Positions 9,481 to 21,165 of a stretch of 64,000 nucleotides of DNA are shown one piece after another. This DNA comes from Thermodesulfobacteriota bacterium (GTDB taxonomy: Bacteria > Desulfobacterota_D > UBA1144 > Nemesobacterales > UBA2774). The translations under genes and the position numbers were made by a program. The notes under the pieces are model-generated. The model worked only from the letters and a program-made list of their open reading frames with translations, made no database searches and had not been told where the DNA came from. The stretch covers positions 576,001 through 640,000 of the forward strand of contig OZ244197.1 of NCBI GenBank assembly GCA_965216785.1, written 5' to 3'. The number at the start of each line of letters is the position of its first letter. Position 1 is the first letter of the stretch.

Positions 9481-10956
9481 CTGGGAAGCGATATAAGAAA
9501 ATACGGCCTATTTATAGATGGTAAAGAACAAGATTCTTTATCAGGTAAAACTTACATAAGAGAAAACCCTGCAACTGAGGAGCCGTTTGCCGAGGTTGCC
9601 GAAGCAGGAGTAAAAGATGTGGATATGGCTGTTGGAGCCGCCCAGCGCGCATTTGAAAAATGGTCGAGAACTCCTGCGTCTGAGAGAATCGGCTACTTAC
9701 GGTCAATCGCAGATGTGCTGAATAAAAACAGAGAAAGTATAGCGCTTACCAACACGCTAGAGACGGGAAAACCGATACGGGAGAGCAGGCTTGTGGAAGT
9801 GGGAGGAGCCATAAAGACTATAGAGTACTACGCTAGCATAGCCGGAAATTTGAGCGGCGAGAGTATGTCGATTTCCGAAAGTCAACTGACTGTAACGCTT
9901 TTAGAACCAATCGGTGTAGTTGGTCATATAATCCCCTGGAATTTCCCTCTTCTTTTATCTTTTTGGAAGATAGCCCCGGCGTTGGCCGCTGGATGTACGA
10001 TTGTGCTGAAACCCGCGGAGCATACACCGTGCGCTATATTAGAAGTGGCGAAACTTGCCTCAGAAGCCGGGCTGCCAGATGGAGTGCTAAACATCATTCC
10101 AGGGCTTGGGGAAGTGTCGGGGCAGGCGCTGGTGGAGCATCCCGGTGTAGGTAAAGTAGCCTTCACGGGCTCAACAGAGGTAGGAAAAATTGTTATGAAA
10201 ACAGCAGCTCAGGAGATAAAGAGGGTCTCTCTAGAGCTAGGCGGCAAGGCGCCCTGTATTGTATATGATGACGCAGATATAGAAAACGCTATAGAAGCTA
10301 CGCTCAGAGGCGGGTTTTTCAACCAGGGAGAGAACTGTACCGCAGTAACGCGGCTCTTGCTGCATGAGGATATATATGACAAATTCCTACCCCCGTTTAT
10401 AGACAGGGTGAAGAAGATCAGGATCGGAGACCCTACGCTTGACGATACGGAGCTTGGCTCGGTTATATCAAAAGAACATTTTCAAAACGTATCATCATAC
10501 TTTGACAAAGGCGTGAAAGAGGGTGCGGAAGTCCTTCACGGCGGCGGACGCCCCGAGGAGCTAAAGAAGGGATACTTCTTTGAACCCACAGTACTGGCGG
10601 ATGTGTCCCCAAAAGCAACTGTGGCATGTGAGGAAATATTCGGGCCGATTGTAGCCGTGATCCCGTTTAAAACTGACGAAGAAGCCATTAGCATTGCAAA
10701 TGATACGGTATATGGGCTTGCCGGGGGGATATGGACTGAGAATTTAAAAAGAGCGCTCAATACAGCTAAGGCTGTTAAAGCAGGCTACCTTTGGGTCAAC
10801 ACATACGGGGGAATTATCCCCGAGACCCCTTACGGCGGATTTAAGCAGAGCGGAATTGGGAAAGAGCTCGGCTCAGACGGACTCGATATGTATCTTGAGA
10901 AGAAGACAGTGAATATTTTTACAGGGGATAAAATACCGAGCTGGTATGCGGGTTGA
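9481..10956 (+). CDS. NAD(P)-dependent aldehyde dehydrogenase; probable CTG start at 9481
   Basis: PWNFP, FTGSTEVG, LELGGKAP, FFNQGENC, EEIFGP. The ALDH-like N-terminus (YGLFIDGKE...ENPATEE) extends 46 codons upstream of the ORF-track start at 9619. Confidence 0.93.
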   Translation: MGSDIRKYGLFIDGKEQDSLSGKTYIRENPATEEPFAEVAEAGVKDVDMAVGAAQRAFEKWSRTPASERIGYLRSIADVLNKNRESIALTNTLETGKPIRESRLVEVGGAIKTIEYYASIAGNLSGESMSISESQLTVTLLEPIGVVGHIIPWNFPLLLSFWKIAPALAAGCTIVLKPAEHTPCAILEVAKLASEAGLPDGVLNIIPGLGEVSGQALVEHPGVGKVAFTGSTEVGKIVMKTAAQEIKRVSLELGGKAPCIVYDDADIENAIEATLRGGFFNQGENCTAVTRLLLHEDIYDKFLPPFIDRVKKIRIGDPTLDDTELGSVISKEHFQNVSSYFDKGVKEGAEVLHGGGRPEELKKGYFFEPTVLADVSPKATVACEEIFGPIVAVIPFKTDEEAISIANDTVYGLAGGIWTENLKRALNTAKAVKAGYLWVNTYGGIIPETPYGGFKQSGIGKELGSDGLDMYLEKKTVNIFTGDKIPSWYAG

Positions 10957-10958
10957 AG

Positions 10959-12443
10959 TTAGGGTAAATCCGTTGTACCCATAAGGTAACGGTCGCATTC
11001 CCTCGCGGCTTCTCTTCCTTCGTTAATTGCCCATACAACAAGGCTCTGACCACGGCGTGCATCGCCTGCGGCGAATACGCCTTCTATGTTTGTTACATAT
11101 TTCCCGTACTCGGCCTTCGCGTTCGAGCGCTCATCTAGCTCAACGCCCATCTGCTCGAGCAAGGGCGCTTCTGGACCCAGAAATCCCATAGCAAGAAGCA
11201 CTAGTTGTGTATCCCAGACCTTTTCCGTCCCGGGAACCTCTTTGAAAAACGGCCGGCCGTTATCACCGGTGCTCCACTCGATTTCCACTGTGTGGAGCTC
11301 TTGTACATTTCCGGCATCGTCACCCTCAAACTTTGTAGTAAGCACCTGATAGCACCTGGGGTCCTCGCCAAACACCGACATCGCCTCTTCCTGACCGTAG
11401 CTGAGAGTGTATATCTTGGGCCACTGAGGCCAGGGGTTATCGGGCGCGCGCTCTTCGGGTGGCATGGGAAGTATCTCGAATTGAAGGAGGCTCCTGCACC
11501 CGTGGCGGATGGAAGTAGCGACGCAGTCTGTACCGGTATCACCTCCACCGAGCACTATGACGTCTTTGTCTTTTGCCGATATATAGTTTCCGTCCTGGAG
11601 ATTACTATTGAGTAAGCTTTTGGTGTTTAATGTGAGAAATTCCATGGCGAAATGAATACCGTTTAGATCCCTTCCTTCCACAGGGAGGTCGCGCGGTCTG
11701 GTGGAGCCTGTACAGATTACAATAGCATCAAAGTCGGCTTTCAAATCTTCGGGGGCGTAGTCTTTTCCGATTTCGGTATTTGTTACAAATTTGACCCCCT
11801 CTTCGGCCAAGAGATTTACCCTTCTGTCGACTACAGCTTTATCCAGATGGGGGTTCGGTATACCGTACATAAGAAGTCCGCCGATCCTGTCTTCCCTCTC
11901 AAAAACTGTTACTGTGTGGCCTGCTTTATTGAGCTGAGCGGCGCAGGAAAGCCCCGCAGGGCCTGAACCTACTACTGCCACGGTCTTACCCGTTCTTGAT
12001 TGGGGAGGCTCCGGCACTATCCAGCCTTTTTCAAATCCCTTGTCTACTATGGCGCACTCGATGGTTTTAATCGTAACCGCGGGCTCGTTTATTCCGAGCA
12101 CGCAAGATCCTTCGCATGGTGCTGGACAAACCCTTCCGGTGAATTCAGGAAAGTTATTGGTCTTATGGAGTCTCTCGAGCGCCTCTTTCCAAAGCCCTTT
12201 GTAAATGAGATCGTTCCATTCGGGAATAAGGTTATTTATGGGACAGCCGACAGCAAGACCCTCGAGCTCGGTACCGCTCTGGCAAAAAGGTATGCCGCAG
12301 TCCATACACCTTGAGCCCTGTACTTTTAGCTTATTCTCGGGAAGATGCTGATGGAACTCTTTCCAGTCCTTTATGCGCTCCTCCGGAGTGCGGTCGGGCT
12401 CGAGCTCTCTATTATGTTCCATAAATCCTGTGGGGTCACCCAT
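10959..12443 (-). CDS. gltD: glutamate synthase small subunit
   Basis: [45 protein letters not shown]. Confidence 0.97.
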   Translation of the reverse strand: MGDPTGFMEHNRELEPDRTPEERIKDWKEFHQHLPENKLKVQGSRCMDCGIPFCQSGTELEGLAVGCPINNLIPEWNDLIYKGLWKEALERLHKTNNFPEFTGRVCPAPCEGSCVLGINEPAVTIKTIECAIVDKGFEKGWIVPEPPQSRTGKTVAVVGSGPAGLSCAAQLNKAGHTVTVFEREDRIGGLLMYGIPNPHLDKAVVDRRVNLLAEEGVKFVTNTEIGKDYAPEDLKADFDAIVICTGSTRPRDLPVEGRDLNGIHFAMEFLTLNTKSLLNSNLQDGNYISAKDKDVIVLGGGDTGTDCVATSIRHGCRSLLQFEILPMPPEERAPDNPWPQWPKIYTLSYGQEEAMSVFGEDPRCYQVLTTKFEGDDAGNVQELHTVEIEWSTGDNGRPFFKEVPGTEKVWDTQLVLLAMGFLGPEAPLLEQMGVELDERSNAKAEYGKYVTNIEGVFAAGDARRGQSLVVWAINEGREAARECDRYLMGTTDLP

Positions 12444-12517
12444 TAATATTCCTCCAGATGCCGATCAAGCCTGTATTGTTCTTTGAACTAGACTACAAGG
12501 CAGGTCGAGTCAGCTTA

Positions 12518-15500
12518 TCAGTTTCCGCTGACCCGCGCAAGGTCGCTCTTATTTTTCTCAAAGGCCGCCATAAGCGCTTCTTCGCCGCTGAGGCCAGATT
12601 CCTCTACGTGTTCTATAGCTTCAAGCATTCTCTTGTAGTCTTTAGGCATAACTTTCACAAATTTATTCTGTAGGCTGCTAAGATGGGAGAGAATGTCTTT
12701 CGCTCTTTCACTATTTGTGTATTCGATATGTCGTTTTATCATATCCCTAATCTCGTCCAAATCTGTATCCAGAACCGGGTCGAGATCGACCATGCTCTGG
12801 TTGCAAAGTATTGGGAAATCGCCTTTTTCGTCCAGCACGTACGCTATACCGCCTGACATGCCCGCAGCGAAGTTCCGGCCAACAGGACCGAGCACTACGA
12901 CACGCCCGCCTGTCATATATTCACAGCCGTGGTCACCGACGCCTTCTACAACAGCACGCACTCCGCTGTTTCTGACGCAGAAGCGCTCACCCGCCAGACC
13001 GCGTATATAGGCTTCGCCCCCTGTGGCGCCGTAAAAAGCCACGTTTCCTATAATGACATTCTCCTCCGGCACAAAGCTCGAGCCTTTTGGCGGATAGACG
13101 ATGATCTTCCCTCCGGAAAGCCCCTTTCCTATATAGTCGTTAGAGTCGCCCTCAAGAATGAGGGTCATAAACCCGGGCACAAACGCCCCGAAGCTCTGTC
13201 CGGCGGAGCCGTTGAAGTGAAGACGAACGGTATCTTCAGGGAGACCCTCCCTGCCGTAGCGCCTTGTAAGCTCGCTCCCAAGTATCGTACCGGTGGTGCG
13301 GTTAACGTTTCTGATGGGGATAATAGCCTCTACTGGCTCGCCGTTTTCAAGGGTAGGTTTGCATATATCGAGTAATACTGTGTTATCGAGAGCTTCCTCA
13401 AGCCCGTGGTCCTGCTTGATTTGAGCGTAACGGCCCCAATCGGCCGGTACATCGGGCTGATAGAGAATATCGCTTAAATCCACACCCTTAGCCTTCCAAT
13501 GATCTATTACGCCTCTCATTTCAAGCTTGTCAGAGCGGCCTATCATCTCGTCTATGGTCCTGAAGCCGAGCTCTGCCATGATCTCCCGGGCTTCCTGCGC
13601 GATAAAGTTCATGAAATTGACTACGTGGGCCGGGTCGCCCGAGAATTTTTTACGCAGCTCGGGGTTTTGCGTGGCAACCCCTACGGGGCAGGTGTCGAGA
13701 TGGCATACGCGCATCATAATGCAGCCCAGTACAATAAGGGGAGCCGTGGAGAATCCAAACTCCTCTGCTCCAAGAAGAGCCGCTATTACGACGTCCCTTC
13801 CGGTTTTCATCTGCCCGTCGGTCTCCAAAACGACCCGGCTTCTGAGGTTGTTTGTCAGAAGAGTTTGATGGGTCTCGGCAAGACCAAGCTCCCATGGGAG
13901 GCCTGCGTGCTGAATGCTGCTCTGAGGCGAAGCCCCCGTGCCACCGTCATAACCGCTTATGAGAATGACGTCCGCATGCCCCTTTGCTACACCTGCAGCT
14001 ATAGTGCCTACCCCTACTTCAGAGACTAGTTTTACGTTAATCCTGGCCTTGTGGTTCGCGTTTTTTAAATCGTGTATAAGCTCTGCAAGGTCTTCAATCG
14101 AATATATATCGTGGTGAGGAGGCGGGGATATGAGTCCTACTCCCGGTGTGGAGAGCCTTACCTTGGCAATCCAGGGATATACCTTCTTACCCGGAAGCTG
14201 TCCGCCTTCACCAGGCTTTGCGCCCTGGGCGATTTTTATCTGAATCTCCTCTGAATTGACGAGATAATCGTTTGTTACTCCGAAGCGTCCGGACGCTACC
14301 TGTTTGATGGAGCTTCGCCTTAAATCACCGTTTTCATCGGGTATATTGCGCGCGGTGTCTTCTCCCCCTTCGCCCGTGTTACTCTTGCCGCCGATCCTGT
14401 TCATGGCTATAGCGAGGCTCTCGTGAGCTTCTTTGCTTATAGCGCCGTAAGACATTGCCCCTGTCTTGAAACGGGCGCAGATGGATTCGACCGACTCTAC
14501 TTCTTCTAACGGAACGGGTTTGGGCTCTGACTTAATATCCAAAAGGCCCCGCAGCGTACAGAGAGTTTTTGACTCATCATTTACAAGCGCGGTGAACTTT
14601 TTGAACTCTTCGTAATTACCCGAGCGACAGGCGCGCTGGAGCATATGGACAGATTTTGGGTTAAAGGCGTGATGCTCACCCCCGGGGCGCCACTGGTACA
14701 TGCCGCCCTCTTCGAGCGTGTCCGTGACGACTTCTCTCTCGGGATAAGCAGTCTCGTGCCTTAGTCTGACTTCCTCTGTAATTACCTCAATTCCGGCCCC
14801 TTTGATCCTAGTAGGAGTCCAAGTGAAATATTTATCGATAAATTCGTGGTTAAGCCCAATTGCTTCAAATATCTGGGCTCCGTGGTAGCTCTGCACAGCG
14901 GAGATACCGATCTTTGACATTGTTTTCACGACGCCCTTTACGACGCTCTTATTGTAGTTAGCAACAGCGGTTTCATAATCTATGTCCGCAAGCAAGTTCT
15001 CACTGATCATATCGGAGAGAGTCTCGTAGACTAGATAGGGGTTGACGGCGCTTATTCCATATCCGATCAGAAGAGAAAAGTGATGCGTCTCCCTGGGCTC
15101 ACCCGATTCTAATACCAACCCGACTTTCATCCTGTTACCGTTTCTTATGAGGTGATGGTGCAGACCGGCAGAGGCCAAAAGCGCGGGGATAGGCGTTTTA
15201 TCGGGCCCGAAGCCTCTATCTGAGAGAATGAGTATATTAGCACCCTCTGAAATTGCTCTGTCAGCCTCTGAGAAAAGATTATCGAGAGCCTTCTCAAGCC
15301 CTCGGCTTCCCTCATTGATGTTAAATAAAATGTCTAGTACTGCCGATTTGAAATCACCGCTTCGAAGCTCTTTTATCTTGGAAATCTCGGAGTTTCCGAG
15401 TACCGGGGTCGGGATCCATATCTTACGGCAGTTCTCGGGACCCGGGTTTAAAATATTGCGGTCCGGGCCTAGAGTCATTTCAGTCGCAGTAATAAGCTCT

Positions 15501-17122
15501 TCGCGTATAGCGTCGATGGCCGGGTTTGTGACCTGCGCGAATAGCTGTTTGAAGTACTCATACAAGAGCCTTGGCTTGCTGGAGAGAATGGCTACAGGTG
15601 TGTCCTTACCCATTGAGCCAAGAGGCTCTACGGCACTTCCCGCCATTGGACCTATAATTACCCTCAAATCTTCATAGGAATAGCCAAAGGCCCTCTGCCT
15701 TGTGAGAACCGCATCATGGTCATTTTCGGCACTTTGAGATTCTTTATCCGGACTCTCCATATCATGCAGAGAAACCAAGTTGTCATTTAGCCAGTCCCTG
15801 TAGGGATTTTCCGCAGCGAGACTGCTCTTAAGCTCCTCGTCCTCGACTATGCGTCCCTGTACAGTGTCGATTAAGAACATTCTGCCCGGCTGGAGCCTTC
15901 CTTTCTTGAGCACCATGTCGGCTGGTACCTCTAGTACGCCGACCTCAGAGCCCATGATAACCATATCGTCCTTGGTCACGTAATAGCGTGATGGGCGGAG
16001 TCCGTTTCTGTCCAGCACAGCTCCTACCTTGGAGCCGTCAGTAAAGGCGATTGAAGCCGGACCGTCCCAGGGCTCCATGAGACAGCTGTGATATTCGTAA
16101 AAAGCCCTTCTATCCTCGCTCATGGTCTCGTGGTTAGACCAGGGCTCGGGGATCATCATCATTACCGAGTGCTCTATGGGTCTTCCGGCAAGTGTGAGAA
16201 ACTCAACACAGTTATCGAAGTTTGCCGAGTCGCTTCCCTCAGCGGCAATGATGGGGAAAGTCTTGTTGAGGTCCTCCCCGAAAAGATCGGAGGACAGCAC
16301 GGCCTGGCGGGCGTGCATCCAGTTAATATTGCCTCTTAGCGTATTTATCTCACCGTTATGAATTATGTAGCGGCAGGGTTGAGAGCGGTCCCAGCTGGGG
16401 AAAGTATTGGTGCTGAAGCGGGAATGCACCAGAGCTATGGCCGACTGAATATCGGTATCGTTCAGGTCTGGGTAGTACTCATCCAGCTGCCAAGTAGTGA
16501 GCATACCTTTATATACAATTGTAAGGTGTGAGAGACTTAGGACATAAAAGTACTCACCGCCTTTCATACCCGAGAACCTGATCTCATTTTCGGCTCTTTT
16601 TTTTATGACATACAGCTTGCGCTCAAAATCCAAATTGTCAGTTAGCTCCGGGTTACGAGCGATAAACACCTGCTTTACGATAGGCTCGGACTTCTTGGCC
16701 ATATCCCCTAAAGATGAGTTATCGGTAGGAACCTCACGCCAGCCTAAGATAGTTTGTCCTTCTTCCAGTGCTATCCTCTCAAAAGTTTCCACAGATGCTC
16801 TCATGTCATCTGCGTCAGGGGAGAGAAATAACATTCCCACCCCGTATTCACGTGGAGATGGAAGCTCGAATCCCTGTGCGCCGCAAGCCTTTTGTAAAAA
16901 AGCGTGGGGAATCTGCATTAATATGCCTGCCCCGTCCCCTGTATTTTCCTCGCAGCCGCACGCGCCTCTGTGCTGTAGGTTCATAAGGACTGTAATGGCG
17001 TTTCGGACAATCTGGTGTGATTTTTTTCCCTTAATATTAACAACGAATCCTATACCGCAGGAATCGTGCTCAAATTGAGGGTCGTATAGACCCTGTTTAG
17101 GTGGAAATCCAACTGGCTTCAT
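12518..17122 (-). CDS. gltB: glutamate synthase large subunit
   Basis: EHDSCGIG amidotransferase start, [28 protein letters not shown] [3Fe-4S] motif, C-terminal GXGXG domain. Confidence 0.98.
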   Translation of the reverse strand: MKPVGFPPKQGLYDPQFEHDSCGIGFVVNIKGKKSHQIVRNAITVLMNLQHRGACGCEENTGDGAGILMQIPHAFLQKACGAQGFELPSPREYGVGMLFLSPDADDMRASVETFERIALEEGQTILGWREVPTDNSSLGDMAKKSEPIVKQVFIARNPELTDNLDFERKLYVIKKRAENEIRFSGMKGGEYFYVLSLSHLTIVYKGMLTTWQLDEYYPDLNDTDIQSAIALVHSRFSTNTFPSWDRSQPCRYIIHNGEINTLRGNINWMHARQAVLSSDLFGEDLNKTFPIIAAEGSDSANFDNCVEFLTLAGRPIEHSVMMMIPEPWSNHETMSEDRRAFYEYHSCLMEPWDGPASIAFTDGSKVGAVLDRNGLRPSRYYVTKDDMVIMGSEVGVLEVPADMVLKKGRLQPGRMFLIDTVQGRIVEDEELKSSLAAENPYRDWLNDNLVSLHDMESPDKESQSAENDHDAVLTRQRAFGYSYEDLRVIIGPMAGSAVEPLGSMGKDTPVAILSSKPRLLYEYFKQLFAQVTNPAIDAIREELITATEMTLGPDRNILNPGPENCRKIWIPTPVLGNSEISKIKELRSGDFKSAVLDILFNINEGSRGLEKALDNLFSEADRAISEGANILILSDRGFGPDKTPIPALLASAGLHHHLIRNGNRMKVGLVLESGEPRETHHFSLLIGYGISAVNPYLVYETLSDMISENLLADIDYETAVANYNKSVVKGVVKTMSKIGISAVQSYHGAQIFEAIGLNHEFIDKYFTWTPTRIKGAGIEVITEEVRLRHETAYPEREVVTDTLEEGGMYQWRPGGEHHAFNPKSVHMLQRACRSGNYEEFKKFTALVNDESKTLCTLRGLLDIKSEPKPVPLEEVESVESICARFKTGAMSYGAISKEAHESLAIAMNRIGGKSNTGEGGEDTARNIPDENGDLRRSSIKQVASGRFGVTNDYLVNSEEIQIKIAQGAKPGEGGQLPGKKVYPWIAKVRLSTPGVGLISPPPHHDIYSIEDLAELIHDLKNANHKARINVKLVSEVGVGTIAAGVAKGHADVILISGYDGGTGASPQSSIQHAGLPWELGLAETHQTLLTNNLRSRVVLETDGQMKTGRDVVIAALLGAEEFGFSTAPLIVLGCIMMRVCHLDTCPVGVATQNPELRKKFSGDPAHVVNFMNFIAQEAREIMAELGFRTIDEMIGRSDKLEMRGVIDHWKAKGVDLSDILYQPDVPADWGRYAQIKQDHGLEEALDNTVLLDICKPTLENGEPVEAIIPIRNVNRTTGTILGSELTRRYGREGLPEDTVRLHFNGSAGQSFGAFVPGFMTLILEGDSNDYIGKGLSGGKIIVYPPKGSSFVPEENVIIGNVAFYGATGGEAYIRGLAGERFCVRNSGVRAVVEGVGDHGCEYMTGGRVVVLGPVGRNFAAGMSGGIAYVLDEKGDFPILCNQSMVDLDPVLDTDLDEIRDMIKRHIEYTNSERAKDILSHLSSLQNKFVKVMPKDYKRMLEAIEHVEESGLSGEEALMAAFEKNKSDLARVSGN

Positions 17123-17210
17123 ACAAATACCATCCTAAAAAGTTCAAATTTAAATGTTTGTTGTTTGATAAAAGGATTGACTTTCAGTTACAGCCGATTA
17201 ACCCAGTATT

Positions 17211-17239
17211 ACTTTAAGATGAAACAGGGTACAAGTCAA
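17211..17239 (-). promoter_or_regulatory. sigma70-type promoter of gltBD
   Basis: TTGACT (17239-17234), 17 nt spacer, TAAAGT (17216-17211). Confidence 0.55.
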
Positions 17240-17312
17240 CACGGACTACATACTATGCCAACCCGGTGACTATTATACCATGAATAAAGGGAATACGCAT
17301 ACAGGGCCAAAC

Positions 17313-19049
17313 TCAGCCTCTGTAGAGGTTAGTGATGGGGAAGCGTCGGTCCTTGCCGAAAGCGCGCGCGGTGATTTTTATTCCCGGAGGGCCCTGCCGC
17401 CTTTTATACTCGTTCTGATCGACCATACTTATGACTCTTTTAACAAGTTTTTCATTAAATCCCAGCGAGATGATCTCTGCAGCGCTTAGGTCGTCTTCTA
17501 CATATGCCTTGAGTATGGGGTCAAGAACGTCATAAGGAGGAAGAGAATCGGTATCCAGCTGATCCGGCCTGAGCTCCGCTGAAGGGGGCTTAGTGAGAAT
17601 GGACACAGGGATGATTTCCCTGCCTTTGTACTCATTAATGAACCAGGAGAGTCTGAAAACCATGGTTTTAGGAACATCTTTAATGACCGCGAAGCCGCCC
17701 GCCATATCACCGTAAATAGTGCAGTAACCAACGCTCATCTCGCTCTTGTTTCCGGTTGCAAGAACTAACCATCCGAATTTGTTGGAAGCCGCCATGAGAA
17801 TATTGCCACGAATCCTGGCCTGGATATTCTCTTCGGTTATATCCTCTTTTGTGCCTGTAAAGGTCTTGGAAAGCATGCTTATATATGAATTGTAAGCCTT
17901 TGCTATGGGTATCTTTACAAGCTCTATCCCAAGGTTTGCCGATAGCTTCTCGGAATCCGTTACGCTGCCCTTGGAGCTGAATTTTGAGGGCATTGAGATG
18001 CCCACGACATTTTGTTTACCCAAGGCTTCTACAGCTACTGCGGCTACCAAGGCCGAGTCTATGCCGCCGCTTAATCCGATTACGACTTTCTTGAAACCGT
18101 TTTTAGATACATAGTCCCTGGTGCCCAGTATAAGGGCTTTTAAGATTTCCTCTTCCTTACCGTAAAATTCCCTCACTTCGGATTTTACCGCAGGTTTTTT
18201 GCGGCGCGCCTGTTTTATATCTTTAATCCTGATAACCTCCACGCGCTTTTTATCGGATTTACTATGTTTTTTAATCTTCAGGTCCTGCTTGCGGGAGCGA
18301 AGAACGCTTTTGATATTTATATCCGTAACCACAAGCTCCTCTTTAAAGCCGCCCGCCCTGGCCAGTATATCCCCGCGCTCTCCCACGACAACACTGTGAC
18401 CGTCAAAGACAAGCTCGTCCTGGCCGCCTACTAGGTTGCAGAATGCAACGACAGTTGAGTAGGTTTTGGCTCTTTTTACCAGCATCTGCTCACGAGAGGC
18501 TACTTTTGAGGAGTAGTAGGGGGAGGATGAAATATTTATGATAACCTGCGCGTCACCGGCAATTGACTGCTTTCTCGTTGGGTCGCCCGGATACCATATA
18601 TCCTCGCAGATATTTACACCGAATGTAAACTTACCGAGCTTATATACGGGGACCCTTCGCCCGGACTCAAAATACCTCTCCTCATCGAACACCCCGTAGT
18701 TTGGAAGATAGTGCTTACGGTATACGTCTACAAGCTCATTATCGTGGAGTATGGCGGCTGAATTGTATAAATCGTTTTCCCGCTCCGGATAACCGATTAC
18801 CACGGTAATCCCGCCTGTAGCCTTTCTTACCTCGTCAACTGCGTGAACGCTGTCCTCGATGAATTTGGGTTTAAGAAGAAGATCCTCAGGAGGGTAGCCT
18901 GTGATTGTCAGCTCGGGGAACGCAAGGATGTCTACACCCGAATCTTTTGCAGAGCGTATGTAGCTTAATATCTTTTTCAGGTTGCCCCGGATATCTCCGA
19001 CCCTGACATTTATCTGCGCTAAAGCGATTCTTACAGTGTCCATAGCCAT
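17313..19049 (-). CDS. nadE: glutamine-dependent NAD+ synthetase
   Basis: Nitrilase domain (FPEL, LPNYGVFDE, ICEDIW) plus synthetase domain (GLSGGIDS, ENIQARIRG, TGNKSE, PSAELRPDQ). Confidence 0.97.
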   Translation of the reverse strand: MAMDTVRIALAQINVRVGDIRGNLKKILSYIRSAKDSGVDILAFPELTITGYPPEDLLLKPKFIEDSVHAVDEVRKATGGITVVIGYPERENDLYNSAAILHDNELVDVYRKHYLPNYGVFDEERYFESGRRVPVYKLGKFTFGVNICEDIWYPGDPTRKQSIAGDAQVIINISSSPYYSSKVASREQMLVKRAKTYSTVVAFCNLVGGQDELVFDGHSVVVGERGDILARAGGFKEELVVTDINIKSVLRSRKQDLKIKKHSKSDKKRVEVIRIKDIKQARRKKPAVKSEVREFYGKEEEILKALILGTRDYVSKNGFKKVVIGLSGGIDSALVAAVAVEALGKQNVVGISMPSKFSSKGSVTDSEKLSANLGIELVKIPIAKAYNSYISMLSKTFTGTKEDITEENIQARIRGNILMAASNKFGWLVLATGNKSEMSVGYCTIYGDMAGGFAVIKDVPKTMVFRLSWFINEYKGREIIPVSILTKPPSAELRPDQLDTDSLPPYDVLDPILKAYVEDDLSAAEIISLGFNEKLVKRVISMVDQNEYKRRQGPPGIKITARAFGKDRRFPITNLYRG

Positions 19050-19167
19050 ATATCGAGTAATTATAATACTCTATGAAATAAAATATCCACAGTCGATTAT
19101 AACGATAGCACCAGAACATATTCCTTTTTATTAAGTGAATACCGCTTTCAGAGAGCAAAAAGAGGAC

Positions 19168-19809
19168 TTACGAAAGACCTATGGCTATGTGCACTACGTT
19201 TGCCAGAAAATGAAAGATGATACTGGCCCAGAGGGTGCCTGTGGCTAAGTATAGATAGCCCATAACCAAGGACGGGAAAAAAGTGAGAACGGCCTGAGAG
19301 CATACCGAAATATTATGACTTCCACCGATACAAAGAGTGATAAAATGCCCGATAGCAAAGAGAAGGCTCACGATAATAACTCCTTTCAAATTGTTCCCGA
19401 GCTTATTCTGAAGATAGCCCCTGAAAAAGACCTCTTCGGGCAGCGCTACCAAAAGGAGCTGTACGAGAATAAAGGTGTAGGAAAGCATGCGAAACGAAAG
19501 AGATCTATTTGTATAATAGCCTATGAGCGCCATGGCACCTGTGTATACGAGGAGCAGGATGACGGATACTATGAGCCCGATTACAATACCTCTTAAGTCC
19601 CACCTGAGTGTTGAAGAGCCACTTCCAGTGAAAATGGGTACGGAGAGCATTAAAAAGGCTGCTATTGAGGTAACATATGGCCAGGGGATAAAAAACTTCA
19701 TAGCGAGAATAGCTATGATGATTAGCACGTATATGGATAACGGGACAAGGTATCTGGACTCGCGTAAACTTGTTATCATAAGGAAATCTCGGAACACATT
19801 TTCAGGCAA
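19168..19809 (-). CDS. CPBP (Rce1/Abi) glutamic intramembrane protease, myxosortase/JDVT-sortase-like
   Basis: ALPEEVFFRGYLQ, LFAIGH, TFFPSLVMG, IFHFLAN; multiple TM helices; alternative start ATG 19779. Confidence 0.88.
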   Translation of the reverse strand: MPENVFRDFLMITSLRESRYLVPLSIYVLIIIAILAMKFFIPWPYVTSIAAFLMLSVPIFTGSGSSTLRWDLRGIVIGLIVSVILLLVYTGAMALIGYYTNRSLSFRMLSYTFILVQLLLVALPEEVFFRGYLQNKLGNNLKGVIIVSLLFAIGHFITLCIGGSHNISVCSQAVLTFFPSLVMGYLYLATGTLWASIIFHFLANVVHIAIGLS

Positions 19810-19839
19810 ACCTAAAAATACTTAAGATGCGTATATAGG

Positions 19840-21072
19840 TCAATAAAGCACATAGAATTCAAACTTATTTATGAACAAAACACCCCAGATATTTACTAAG
19901 ATGCTGAGAACAATTAATAATTTGTGATACCACTTGAGCTTTTCGGGAATCCCCTTAAATGTAAGCAATAGAAGAAACGGATAGAAATCGAGAGCATAGC
20001 GGTAACCGAACTGGGTCCATCCCGTACCGCTCTTTGTAAAAATAAGTAGAGCCGGGGGAATGATGGCGAGCCAGCAAGCGAGAGCGAGTTTGTTTCTGAT
20101 TCCCGCGGCGAAAGCAAAGATGAACGCAGGGGTTGTGATAAGTACACTGAGCCCCTCTTTTGACGGAACGATGTAGGGCCATTTTTCAATAAGAGCCGGC
20201 GGCTGCAGGAGGAATGTATATAGGTGATGATGCACATAGGAGAGGCTGAGCAGCCCCTGATCGAACCACGGGGATACCCTGGCTTTAGCTTCTGATATTG
20301 TGTGCATGGAATACGCTACGTCAAAGGGCGAGCCGAAGCGCAGATAGTTGTAGAGAAAGTTTAGACTGATAAATACCCCGACCCCAAGGGCCAAAAGTAA
20401 TAGAGGCTTTAATTTAATCCGCTTTAATATAGAGCTGCCGGAGGACAAGGGAAGCCATAGATCTGAGAGCATTACTATAAAAAACGGGAGTGTTAAGATA
20501 GTTAGAACCCTGGACCAGTATGAAGCCCCTAAAAGAAGACCGATTAGAAACACTCTACGCTTGCCGAATGTCTCAAAGATAGCGAGAAATAGAAAAAAGA
20601 GCGAGACTATATGGGCAAAATACCAGACTGAGCCGATTGTCGACGTGTACCAGTATATGGTGCCAAACGCAAAGAGCAGAGTCATCCACACCTGCTTTTC
20701 AAAACTCTCCGTAAGCCTTCTCATTAGCAAGAAGACAATTGAAACGTTGACGGCGCCAAGAACGATAGATGCGAATACCTGGCTGAAAGAAAGTCCCCAT
20801 ACGGCTACGAAAGGCACCAAAAGCAGTGCCGGCATAGGAGGATATATGGTATAGGAAAGCCCGTCTTTTATAATGAGCTCCTCAAAATAAAACGGGGTGT
20901 CCTGAAGATAAAGTCTGCCGTCAAGCAGAGCGTGCGCAAGGTATATGAAATAGTTAAAGGGGTTGGGCGGAGAAGGCTGCGTTACAAAGTATAAAACAAA
21001 TGAAATCAGGAAAAATAGTACGGCTGCGATGAGCGTGGAGTTTCTTTTATAGCCTGGATTCGATATATTCAT
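19840..21072 (-). CDS. polytopic membrane protein, probable GT-C-fold glycosyltransferase; paralog of 24210-25424
   Basis: About 10 TM segments; YPPMPALLL after the first loop; C-terminal GWTQFGYRYALDFYPFL. ATG 21072 follows GAAGGT. Confidence 0.6.
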   Translation of the reverse strand: MNISNPGYKRNSTLIAAVLFFLISFVLYFVTQPSPPNPFNYFIYLAHALLDGRLYLQDTPFYFEELIIKDGLSYTIYPPMPALLLVPFVAVWGLSFSQVFASIVLGAVNVSIVFLLMRRLTESFEKQVWMTLLFAFGTIYWYTSTIGSVWYFAHIVSLFFLFLAIFETFGKRRVFLIGLLLGASYWSRVLTILTLPFFIVMLSDLWLPLSSGSSILKRIKLKPLLLLALGVGVFISLNFLYNYLRFGSPFDVAYSMHTISEAKARVSPWFDQGLLSLSYVHHHLYTFLLQPPALIEKWPYIVPSKEGLSVLITTPAFIFAFAAGIRNKLALACWLAIIPPALLIFTKSGTGWTQFGYRYALDFYPFLLLLTFKGIPEKLKWYHKLLIVLSILVNIWGVLFINKFEFYVLY

Positions 21073-21165
21073 TGTAACCTTCTTATAAGTAACATTATAT
21101 TCAAGCATTTGTCGGACGGTCAAGAAACTATGGAGACGCGACTCGATCGATAGTATATATCAGCA

